Below, piece after piece: positions 1-7,842 of a stretch of DNA of 33,080 nucleotides. Made by a program: the position numbers and the translations under genes. The DNA is taken from contig CAZWTX010000029.1 in the NCBI GenBank assembly GCA_964637135.1, forward strand, positions 1 to 33,080, in the 5' to 3' direction. The notes below the pieces were generated by a model that saw nothing but the letters and a program-made list of their open reading frames with translations, did no database searches and had not been told where the DNA came from. Numbering within the stretch: the first letter of the stretch is position 1; the number at the start of each line of letters is the position of its first letter. The DNA comes from an uncultured Methanospirillum sp. (lineage in GTDB: Archaea; Halobacteriota; Methanomicrobia; Methanomicrobiales; Methanospirillaceae).

Positions 1-538
1 TAAGGAACCTGCCTGGATCAACGATACCGACACATACCACGTTCACCAGGGGATTTCCATCATAACTGCTGTCAAAAACAGCCTCCCCCCTGACAACCGG
101 AACGCCGATACAGTTTCCATACCCCCCGATACCGGAGACGACATGCTCCATGAGATACCGGTTCTTCTCTTTGTCGAGTGTCCCGAAGTAGAGCGGATCC
201 ATCAGGGCAACCGGCCGGGCCCCCATCGAGATGACATCCCTGACAATCCCGCCGACCCCGGTTGCTGCTCCGTCGTGGGGATCGACGTAACTCGGATGGT
301 TATGGCTCTCCATCCCGATCGCGATGGCAGTCGTCTCAGAAAATCTCACTATTGCCGCATCGTCGCCCGGGCCGAGGATGACGTCCTCCCCGGTTGTCGG
401 GAGGGTTTTGAGGAGCCTTCTCGTGGACCGGTAACTGCAGTGTTCGCTCCACAGATTATCAAAACAGGCCAGCTCCAGCTGAGTGGGGCTGCGGCCGAGC
501 GCCTCCTCAATCGAGCGGAGATCCTCTGGTGAGACCAT
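1..538 (-). CDS. purL: Phosphoribosylformylglycinamidine synthase subunit PurL (5' part; runs off the window start)
   Basis: Not in the ORF track. Manual translation from ATG at 538 gives [38 protein letters not shown]..., with [23 protein letters not shown] and [12 protein letters not shown] motifs. Confidence 0.95.
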   Translation of the reverse strand, partial: MVSPEDLRSIEEALGRSPTQLELACFDNLWSEHCSYRSTRRLLKTLPTTGEDVILGPGDDAAIVRFSETTAIAIGMESHNHPSYVDPHDGAATGVGGIVRDVISMGARPVALMDPLYFGTLDKEKNRYLMEHVVSGIGGYGNCIGVPVVRGEAVFDSSYDGNPLVNVVCVGIVDPGRFL

Positions 539-630
539 ATGCCGGATATTTACGCTTTCATAAGGCAAAAACCATGCATATCCCGTGGGGGACAGGTATT
601 TGCCCGACAGGATGCAATATATAGACCATT

Positions 631-1242
631 ATGTCAGAGTCGTATGAGACCCTGCTCAATAAGGCATATGAGGAGGTCACCGAACCGTCCGAGGACGGAG
701 AGCGGTGGTCGTATCCTGAGCCACGGGTAAACATAGAAGGGAAGACGACTATCCTCGAAAACTTCGTGGATATTGCATCTGCCCTGCGTCGTGACGAGGA
801 TCACCTGATGAAATACCTCCTTGGTGAGCTTGGAACGGCAGGAAAAGTTGACGGAAACCGCGCTATCTTTAATGGCAAGTTTGAGGATTCCCTGTTTGGT
901 GCGATGATCCGCGGGTATGTCGATGACTATGTTATCTGTTCTGAATGCGGAAAACCGGACACCAAGCTGATGAAAGATGACCGGATCCTCATGCTCAAGT
1001 GTGAGGCCTGCGGAAGCCACCGGCCTGTACGGAAGCGGAAAGGCCGTGCAGAATCAGGAAGTACCGGACTTGAAGCCGGAAATATCATCGAAGTGAACAT
1101 TGAATCCACTTCCCGCAGAGGAGACGGAGTCGCCAAAATCGGCAAGTACATCGTTTATGTCGCCGGCGGGCGCCCGGGTCAGAAGATCAAGGTCAGGATC
1201 TCGAAGATATCAGGTTCGATTATCTTCACCGAACGGCCCTGA
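631..1242 (+). CDS. eif2b: Translation initiation factor aIF-2 beta subunit with C-terminal TRAM domain
   Basis: [10 protein letters not shown]...[20 protein letters not shown] core, [14 protein letters not shown] zinc ribbon, and a TRAM-like tail ([27 protein letters not shown]). Confidence 0.95.
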   Translation: MSESYETLLNKAYEEVTEPSEDGERWSYPEPRVNIEGKTTILENFVDIASALRRDEDHLMKYLLGELGTAGKVDGNRAIFNGKFEDSLFGAMIRGYVDDYVICSECGKPDTKLMKDDRILMLKCEACGSHRPVRKRKGRAESGSTGLEAGNIIEVNIESTSRRGDGVAKIGKYIVYVAGGRPGQKIKVRISKISGSIIFTERP

Positions 1243-1267
1243 AAAAAATTGGATTATTTCTTTTTTG
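1242..1267. terminator. A-tract/T-tract, probable bidirectional terminator between convergent aIF-2beta and rpoL
   Basis: AAAAAAATT...TTTCTTTTTTT at the junction of the two convergent stop codons. Archaeal termination uses oligo-U tracts. Confidence 0.5.
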
Positions 1268-1532
1268 CTTCGGCGAGTGAAGCAGTCAGGTCAGAACAGT
1301 GCGCAGAGAGCCGCTTGCAGGCCTCTACAATTGGTCCGATGGGATCCTTCTTCTCCCGTGTGGTTACGGTAAGGACGGGGTCTGAGAACTGAAACTCGAT
1401 CACGTAGGTAGCGACATCAACAACCGGATCCTTGAGGATCTCGGTAGTAAGCGCATTCATGAAGGTGTGCCCCTGACCCGGAAGCGCTATTTTGACCATG
1501 TCATCTTCGAGTTCAAGAACGGTAATATTCAT
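1254..1532 (-). CDS. rpoL: DNA-directed RNA polymerase subunit L (Rpo11)
   Basis: MNITVLEL...GQGHTFMNALTTEILKDPVVDVATYVIEFQFSDPVLTV matches the RpoL/Rpb11 pattern. Start moved to ATG 1532 (92 aa). Confidence 0.92.
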   Translation of the reverse strand: MNITVLELEDDMVKIALPGQGHTFMNALTTEILKDPVVDVATYVIEFQFSDPVLTVTTREKKDPIGPIVEACKRLSAHCSDLTASLAEAKKK

Positions 1533-1576
1533 TCGTATCCTGTTGGGGCTGCGATCTGATAAACGTAGATCTGATC

Positions 1577-2299
1577 TCAAAACCGGAATGTTTCCCCGTC
1601 TGTTCCGGCATGAGGAAGGTCAAAGGGGAGAATGTGGCTCATGTGCACCACCCGGAAATCGCGTGCCCCGAGTTCACCGGCCATGGCAACTGCTTCCTCG
1701 TAGTTCAGGTGTTTCTCGACTTTTTTAAACGAAGCTGGGAAGAGTCCGTCGATGAGGAGGAGATCCAGCCCGGTAAGAAGGCGGCGTGTAGCTTCAGGAA
1801 AAAATTCGTTGGTATCAGAGGTATACCCGATCCTGACCCTGCCGTCGGTGAAAACCACGCCGGTGGTATAGACATTCGGGTGTATCACCTCGACCAGGGT
1901 GAATTCAAGTCCGCAAAGCTGGAAAGGAGTATATGCCGCGACAGCATGGTGCTCCCGAATCAAAAAATGGAACACCCCGCTGCAGTATTCCATGACCGGT
2001 GGTGCCGCATACACGGGGGGGATCCGCTGAACCCGATAGAATTCCCCGAATCCCATGAAGTGATCATAATGCCCGTGAGTCCAGATAACGGCGTCAATAT
2101 GCGGTGAACCATGGTACAGGAGCTGCCGGCGGAGATCCGGCGTCGTGTCGATGAGGATGTGCTTTCCGTCGTGACTGATTAAAAGTGAGGTCCGGAGCCG
2201 CTCAATTCCATGTTCGATGGCATACCTGCACTGGTTACATGAGCAGCCGATATGCGGGGTTCCGACGGCATCCCCGGTCCCGAGCAGGGTGACCTGCAT
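1577..2299 (-). CDS. MBL-fold metallo-hydrolase, PhnP-like phosphodiesterase
   Basis: LLGTGDAVGTP, CxCxxC (CSCNQC), THGHYDH (HxHxDH), and HL/HMSH late metal ligands. Confidence 0.88.
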   Translation of the reverse strand: MQVTLLGTGDAVGTPHIGCSCNQCRYAIEHGIERLRTSLLISHDGKHILIDTTPDLRRQLLYHGSPHIDAVIWTHGHYDHFMGFGEFYRVQRIPPVYAAPPVMEYCSGVFHFLIREHHAVAAYTPFQLCGLEFTLVEVIHPNVYTTGVVFTDGRVRIGYTSDTNEFFPEATRRLLTGLDLLLIDGLFPASFKKVEKHLNYEEAVAMAGELGARDFRVVHMSHILPFDLPHAGTDGETFRF

Positions 2300-3576
2300 C
2301 AGTACCAGGTCCTGCTCCGGTTCGCATCGCGGTTCGTGATCAGACCTTCTCCCCGGAGAAGATCCTCACAGGTGAGGTCTTTTCTGCCGTCCATCAGCGC
2401 GCTCAGGATCGCCTCGCGGACCACCATCTTCAGATCAGCTCCAGAAAACCCGGCAGTTTCCGTGGCAACCTTTTCCACATCGCAATCACATGAAAATCCG
2501 GTGATCAGCCGGGAGAGGATCTTCAGACGGGTCTGTTCGTCAGGCAGGTCGAACGGAATAACCTCGTCAAAACGCCGCCAGGCTGCTTCGTCAAGGAGTT
2601 GGGGGTGGTTTGTCGCTCCGATAAGCAGCACCCGGTTCCGGACAAGGCTGATACGGTCAATATTTTTCAGCAGGGCGTTGACCGCCCGTTTCATAGCCCC
2701 GTGGTCATCGCCAATCCTGCTTTTGGCAAGAAAATCGAATTCATCGATAAAGAGGATACAGGGGGAGAGCCTTCGTGCCACCTCGAAGATGCGGTCGATA
2801 TTCTTTGACGTCTCCCCGAGGTACTGGGAGGTGACCATCGACAGCCTGACTTCGAGGACCGGCATGTGGAGCACCCGGGTGAGAGCAAAGGCCAGGGATG
2901 TTTTTCCGGTTCCCGGCGGCCCGATGAACAGCAGTTTGCCGATCTCATAGACCCGGTGCGACTTCAGAAATTCCAGGTTTTCAAGGGCAATCTTCAGCTT
3001 GACGATCCGGTGCATCTGGTCTGCCGTACAGATGATGTCGTCGATGGTCTGCTCGACCTCCTCCGGGGCACTGATGATGATGAGATCGAGACCTGACCTG
3101 AGTTTCTCATCCTCGGCCAGGATGCGTGAGACCCGCCGGTCAAGGTATACACGACTGTCCTCAAACCGGGGATTCTGATCCCTGACCCCGGCATGGGATA
3201 TCCCCGGAACCAGGTGCTGCTCTTCAGCGAACCAGGCAAGTACCGGATTGCGGCGGACGCGCTCTTCACCCCCGTTCTTCAGGAACCAGGTGAACCCTGC
3301 CGGTACCGAGGATATCCGAAGGCGATGGCCGAACTCCTCGTAGAGAACCAGGGGATGCTTCTCAAGCCTGACATGGGCATCCGGGATCCCGAGCACCCGC
3401 TGAAGGGCGCTCTCGGCAACCACCACCGGTGCCCGCTCTCCCTCCATCGACTGTGTCCCGTACACTTCACGGGACACCGGCGTGAGATCATTGATATCCA
3501 GCTGGGTTTGCTGATTGAAGATATCAGCGGTCAGAAGCAGTTCAATCAGATCCAGTATCTCTTCGTCTCTCGCCAT
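2299..3576 (-). CDS. AAA-family ATPase (single classic AAA domain, uncharacterised N-terminal domain)
   Basis: Walker A GPPGTGKT, pore loop SQYLGE, Walker B FIDEFD, SRH ATNHPQLLDEAAWRRFD, lid GFSGADL. Confidence 0.92.
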   Translation of the reverse strand: MARDEEILDLIELLLTADIFNQQTQLDINDLTPVSREVYGTQSMEGERAPVVVAESALQRVLGIPDAHVRLEKHPLVLYEEFGHRLRISSVPAGFTWFLKNGGEERVRRNPVLAWFAEEQHLVPGISHAGVRDQNPRFEDSRVYLDRRVSRILAEDEKLRSGLDLIIISAPEEVEQTIDDIICTADQMHRIVKLKIALENLEFLKSHRVYEIGKLLFIGPPGTGKTSLAFALTRVLHMPVLEVRLSMVTSQYLGETSKNIDRIFEVARRLSPCILFIDEFDFLAKSRIGDDHGAMKRAVNALLKNIDRISLVRNRVLLIGATNHPQLLDEAAWRRFDEVIPFDLPDEQTRLKILSRLITGFSCDCDVEKVATETAGFSGADLKMVVREAILSALMDGRKDLTCEDLLRGEGLITNRDANRSRTWY

Positions 3577-3627
3577 GTCGATAATCCTAATACTTTCTCG
3601 CTGGTTATTGAAGAATGTATCAAATTG

Positions 3628-4503
3628 TCATGCCGTCGTGACGATACACCCGTCGGCAGTGACAATCATGGTATGTTCCGCCTGTGACACTTTCGAGCCG
3701 GGGATATCGGCAAGAACCGGGTATGGGTGAAGTACCTGGTCAAGAACGAGCCTGTTTATGGCCAGGTCAGGTTTTGGTGTCTTCAGGTGCCGCCTTGCAA
3801 ACGGCATTCCCTTCCGCCCGTCAATCTCTGCAAGGATCTTCCTGGCAGAGGGCATCCTTACCGGGCGCCAGACCTGCTGTGAGTAGATCTCGACCCGCCG
3901 CTGGTCACTCACCAGCCCGGTTCCGGTGGATGCAAATGGTTCGATTGCGAGGACCATCCCTTCTTCGATGGCAGCTCCGCCGGTAACGGCAATATTGGGC
4001 ACGTTCGGGCCCATGTGCAGGCGGTACTGGTCAAGCCCGTGACCGGTGAGGTTTGCCACCGGGACGCATTCGCGTTTTTCAATTTCAGCAGCGATGATGG
4101 TGCCGAGTTCTCCGATGGTCACCCCCGGACGGACTGCCTGTATCGCCGCATCCCGTGCGGCAACGGATGCTTCTACCAGAAGAGGGCTGGTGCCAAGATC
4201 GATGGAACAGGCAGTATCGGCGATATAACCGTCAAGATGAATCCCGATATCGAGTTTCACCAGGTCTCCCGCTGCAAAAACCCGGGTATCTCCCGGAGAC
4301 GGGGTGTCATGGGCGGCCGCTTCGTTCAGGGAGATGTTCACGGGAAACGCGATCCCGCATCCCCGTGCCAAGGTCTCCTCCTCCACCCAGGCGGCAACCT
4401 CCAGAAGGGAGACACCGGGACGGATCATCCCTGCCCCTTTAGTCAGGATATCCTTTGCAACCGCTCCTGCCTGTTCGTATCGTTCCTGTATCTCCTCGTT
4501 CAT
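3628..4503 (-). CDS. map: Methionine aminopeptidase type II
   Basis: AFPVNISLNEAAAHDTP, DLVKLDIGIHLDGYIADTA, NLTGHGL, AIEPF and SQAEHT motifs. Confidence 0.95.
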   Translation of the reverse strand: MNEEIQERYEQAGAVAKDILTKGAGMIRPGVSLLEVAAWVEEETLARGCGIAFPVNISLNEAAAHDTPSPGDTRVFAAGDLVKLDIGIHLDGYIADTACSIDLGTSPLLVEASVAARDAAIQAVRPGVTIGELGTIIAAEIEKRECVPVANLTGHGLDQYRLHMGPNVPNIAVTGGAAIEEGMVLAIEPFASTGTGLVSDQRRVEIYSQQVWRPVRMPSARKILAEIDGRKGMPFARRHLKTPKPDLAINRLVLDQVLHPYPVLADIPGSKVSQAEHTMIVTADGCIVTTA

Positions 4504-5630
4504 AGTATCATATCCTCTGAAAACCGGGTCAGCCGGCGCGAACCGGTCCCGGTCACCTCAAGCAGGTTCTCGATCCTGACTCCGCCGATCCCCCGGTAGT
4601 AGAGACCGGGTTCTATCGTGACCACGTGGCCGGACTCAAGCGGTCCGCCCATGGGCGAGAGTGACGGCATCTCGTGGACCTCCAGCCCGACCCCGTGTCC
4701 GAGGCTGTGGGTAAACCCCTCGGTGTCAGTCTGGAATCCCTGGTCTGTGAAAAAATCCTTCACCCGGGTATAGAGGTCTGATCCTGCTGCACCTGCCTTC
4801 AGTCCCTCTTCTCCTATTCCGACTGCCTGCCTGACCGAATCGTACAGATCCCTGACCCGTGCAGAAGGCTCCCCCCTGCTCACGGTCCGGGTCATGTCGG
4901 CATGGTACCCGCTCTGTTCTGACCGTGGGAAGATGTCAATTACGATCGGTTCATGTGCCTTCAGCTGTCCGGCCCCGGTACAATGCGGCATTGCGGCTTC
5001 CTCCCCGCAGGCTACAATGGTGTCGCGCGCCATGCAGCCATGTGAGAGGAGTACAGCATGCATCTCGTACCGGATCAGATCAGACGTCAGTGATTTCTCA
5101 TCATGGTACAACAGCCCGTCCCGGACCGCTGCCTTCCTGATGAGGGTGATCGCTCTCTCCATGGCTCCCTCGGCAGCCTGCTGGACACGGGCAATCTCGT
5201 CGATCTCGACTCTGCTCTTTACGGCACGTTTTCCTGCGATCACCTGGGAATAGTCTATCTCAACCGGCTGATCTTCCTCGAGAATCCGCGCAAGTCCTGC
5301 AGGAAATCCGGGGGGCAAGAGGAGGGTTCCGTCTGCCACGTGGCGAATCATAGCGGCAGTGATCCTGAACGGATCGTGTTCTGTCCGGGCAATATCGTAG
5401 TATCCTGCCTGTGCGCGGGTTCTCACCTCGCAATATGATTCCCGTTCTGCCCGATCTGCTTCCATCTGGGGAACAATCAGCACCGGTTTCTCCCCTGGTC
5501 TGCAGATGACCGGAACGGGGTCATGAGTCACGAATCCGGTGATATATCGCATATCGGGATCATCAGAAGAGGCGAAGAGGCAGTATGCCGCTGCGTTCCG
5601 CTCCCTGATCAGGTCCCCCAGTGTATCCAT
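4500..5630 (-). CDS. Xaa-Pro aminopeptidase/dipeptidase (M24B family)
   Basis: IDIFP, GYHADMTRT, HSLGHGVGLEVHE and TIEPGLY...GGVRIEN motifs. Confidence 0.92.
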   Translation of the reverse strand: MDTLGDLIRERNAAAYCLFASSDDPDMRYITGFVTHDPVPVICRPGEKPVLIVPQMEADRAERESYCEVRTRAQAGYYDIARTEHDPFRITAAMIRHVADGTLLLPPGFPAGLARILEEDQPVEIDYSQVIAGKRAVKSRVEIDEIARVQQAAEGAMERAITLIRKAAVRDGLLYHDEKSLTSDLIRYEMHAVLLSHGCMARDTIVACGEEAAMPHCTGAGQLKAHEPIVIDIFPRSEQSGYHADMTRTVSRGEPSARVRDLYDSVRQAVGIGEEGLKAGAAGSDLYTRVKDFFTDQGFQTDTEGFTHSLGHGVGLEVHEMPSLSPMGGPLESGHVVTIEPGLYYRGIGGVRIENLLEVTGTGSRRLTRFSEDMIL

Positions 5631-5689
5631 CCCATACCGGTTATAGGTGAAACCACAAGTACTTTTATCCCCCGATTGATGTATGAATA

Positions 5690-5917
5690 ATGAATGAGTC
5701 TGCCAAAGAGCAGTTTAAATGGAAATTCTGGCACCTCGCAGTGATCCTGAACGGTGTGATCTTCTTCTCAGCCCTTTTTATCCTGTTCATGCTCCTGGAT
5801 TTTCTTCCGTTCAGGTACCCGGTGGCAGGTGTGAGCCTCGTTATCGCTGTTATTTTGGGCCTGGTCTTTTCCAGGCAGTATAAACAGACAAAAGCCTGGC
5901 TGGATACCCACGGATGA
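5690..5917 (+). CDS. Small hypothetical membrane protein (two TM helices)
   Basis: 75 aa with two hydrophobic segments. ATGA overlap with the next gene. Confidence 0.7.
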   Translation: MNESAKEQFKWKFWHLAVILNGVIFFSALFILFMLLDFLPFRYPVAGVSLVIAVILGLVFSRQYKQTKAWLDTHG

Positions 5918-6204
5918 TCAGGATGCTTGGGAAGATCAAGGAAGATATCAGTCTGGCAGAACGGCATATCGGTGTTCTCATCACCGTCAGGGAACACGGA
6001 CCGATTGGAATCATCAAACTCGCCGAACTGCTCCATCTTCCCCAGCACCGGATTCGGTACTCCCTCCGGGTACTGGAAGGATATGGGTATATCCGCGCAT
6101 CTCCGACCGGTGCGGTCATTACACCGGAAGGGGATGCCCTCTTTTCCCATCTCAACGATGACCTGGATGATCTGGTCGCGATTCTCTCCAGAATGAAGAT
6201 CTAA
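5914..6204 (+). CDS. Winged-HTH predicted transcriptional regulator
   Basis: PIGIIKLAELLHLPQHRIRYSLRVLEGYGYIRASPTGAVITPEG fits a wHTH pattern. Confidence 0.78.
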   Translation: MIRMLGKIKEDISLAERHIGVLITVREHGPIGIIKLAELLHLPQHRIRYSLRVLEGYGYIRASPTGAVITPEGDALFSHLNDDLDDLVAILSRMKI

Positions 6205-6225
6205 TCCCGGAAAACGGGAATCGAA

Positions 6226-6236
6226 TTTGTTAAATA
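6226..6236 (+). promoter_or_regulatory. TATA-box-like element for the tRNA-Asn/tRNA-Ile2 transcript
   Basis: TTGTTAAATA about 35-40 nt upstream of the mature tRNA-Asn. Confidence 0.5.
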
Positions 6237-6268
6237 CTACTGAGCTCTACGTAATAGAGCACATCTGA

Positions 6269-6341
6269 GCCGCCATAACTCAGTTGGTAGAGTGACTGGC
6301 TGTTAACCAGTATGTCACAGGTTCGAGTCCTGTTGGCGGCG
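6269..6341 (+). tRNA. tRNA-Asn (GTT)
   Basis: Acceptor GCCGCCA/TGGCGGC, anticodon arm ACTGG-CT-GTT-AA-CCAGT, T-loop TTCGAGT, discriminator G. Confidence 0.97.
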
Positions 6342-6354
6342 CTCATCTTTTTCT

Positions 6355-6428
6355 GGGCCTGTAGCTTAGTTGGTTAGAGCGCCCGGCTCATAACCGGGCG
6401 GTCATGCGTTCAAGTCGCATCAGGCCCA
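6355..6428 (+). tRNA. tRNA-Ile2 (CAT anticodon, agmatidine type; automated tools may call it Met)
   Basis: Acceptor GGGCCTG/CAGGCCC plus A. Anticodon arm CCCGG-CT-CAT-AA-CCGGG and T-stem ATGCG/CGCAT are identical to those of the tRNA-Ile(GAT) in this window. Confidence 0.9.
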
Positions 6429-6471
6429 TGACCCGTCAGGTATATACAGTCCGGTCTGTCACGTCAGATGA

Positions 6472-7500
6472 ATGCGATGTCCGGTCTGCGGGATGGATCA
6501 TCTCATCCCGATCTCAGCTATTCCCAGGCGATCAGCAATTTTCTATGCTCCCTGTAACAACTGCCAGGGAATACCCATGGATCACGCGGTCCCTCCCGAC
6601 CGCACTCCCCTGCCACCCTGCGGGTGCGGAAGGCGCTTTCTCGATGATCTTATGGCCGATCTCTACGGATGGTTCCACGGCGCCGGGATCTTCCAGGGTG
6701 ATGAACCCCTCTCGGCAGTTGGCACCCCCCTGATCTCCCCCGGAATATTCCTCCGATCTCCCCCGTTTCTCCCCACGCGATCCCTCCTCCTGATAACGGA
6801 TAAGCTCACCAGAGGGCAGGCAGAAGAGATCTTCGCATCGCGTGATCAGCTCCTCGGGATCCTTTCCGGTGGCGGGCGGCCGGGAGCAGGGGATCAGTTC
6901 GGTGATCCCTCCCCGGGATGTGAATCAGCCCTGTTTTGCGGTTGTGATGTCAGGGGGGATCTCTTTCTTACCCGGAACGGGCCGGTTCTCATCTACAAGA
7001 AACAGGGAGCGACACACCTTGAGTTTCCAAAGGGATCGGATCCCAAGATCCGTTCCCTTGAGGAGGCCGTACACCGGCTCAGGCCGGCTGTCTTTTTTGA
7101 TGCATGCTGCGGAGCGGGAACCCTCGGGCTGGCGGCAGTTCGGCTCGGGGTCAGAGAGATAATCCTCGTTGATATCTGGTATGCTGCCGCCTATTTTGCG
7201 GCGTTCAATCTCCACATCAACCGAGAGGCCCTCGGGCTTGAGGAAATTGTCCTCCACCATGATTTCCAGCGTCTCGCAGACAAACCGGTCAGACATGAGC
7301 CGGTTCTTGTCGGAGAAGGAAGAGGGCCGGGATGCAGGATAACCGTATGGCACGGTGATCTCAGGCGGTGTATCCCTGATGGCGGTCATGGCCCGGTCCT
7401 GACGGCGTTCGATCCCTTTGACAAGCAGGACCATGTCCGTAATTCCCGCATCATGGAGGAGATCCGCGCAATGGCCGGAGGGGAAGTTTTTATTCCGTAG
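6472..7500 (+). CDS. Putative class I SAM-dependent methyltransferase with Cys-rich (Zn-binding) N-terminus
   Basis: CPVCG, CNNC, CGCG and CGCDVRGD cysteine clusters. Motif I FFDACCGAGTLG followed by ILVD (motif II). Confidence 0.75.
   Translation: MRCPVCGMDHLIPISAIPRRSAIFYAPCNNCQGIPMDHAVPPDRTPLPPCGCGRRFLDDLMADLYGWFHGAGIFQGDEPLSAVGTPLISPGIFLRSPPFLPTRSLLLITDKLTRGQAEEIFASRDQLLGILSGGGRPGAGDQFGDPSPGCESALFCGCDVRGDLFLTRNGPVLIYKKQGATHLEFPKGSDPKIRSLEEAVHRLRPAVFFDACCGAGTLGLAAVRLGVREIILVDIWYAAAYFAAFNLHINREALGLEEIVLHHDFQRLADKPVRHEPVLVGEGRGPGCRITVWHGDLRRCIPDGGHGPVLTAFDPFDKQDHVRNSRIMEEIRAMAGGEVFIP
7481..7493 (+). promoter_or_regulatory. Probable BRE/TATA of the SRP RNA, embedded in the 3' end of the methyltransferase gene
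   Basis: GGGAAG-TTTTTAT about 25 nt upstream of the SRP RNA 5' end. Confidence 0.5.
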
Positions 7501-7515
7501 GTTTCGCATTATAAT

Positions 7516-7825
7516 GGGGACTAGCCCGGGTGGATCGGCGTCACTTGTAACCTGAAACCGTCGGTATGCAGGGGGCGAAGTTTGAGGAAGGCTGGAACGT
7601 ACCTACCTGATACTTCCACACGCCTGACGAAGAAACCCTGTCCTGTGAGGTCGATGGCCAGGTATCACACCTTCGGAGGAAGGGACGACCTGTTGTCGCG
7701 GGGACCGGTCCAGGCCCGGAAGGGAGCAGACTTACCGTGAACATTCGGCGCCCACGGGGTTGCGGGGCGGAGAAGGGCATATGGAAGGATGGAAGCGGCG
7801 GCCAGTCGACCGATAACGTGTCCCT
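7516..7825 (+). ncRNA. ffs: Archaeal signal recognition particle (7S) RNA
   Basis: About 310 nt. 5' GGGGACTAG, Alu-domain TGTAACC, helix-8 signature CAGGCCCGGAAGGGAGCAG, and 3' GTCCC pairing with the 5' GGGAC. Confidence 0.93.
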
Positions 7826-7842
7826 AACGATCGCTGGTTTTT

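Noticed and set aside
143..532. 129-aa plus-strand ORF
   Set aside because: Antisense shadow of purL, which has unmistakable motifs on the minus strand.
7498..7500. TAG stop of the methyltransferase as possible pyrrolysine read-through
   Set aside because: It is followed immediately by the SRP RNA gene, there are no pyl genes in the window, and the protein is not a methylamine methyltransferase.
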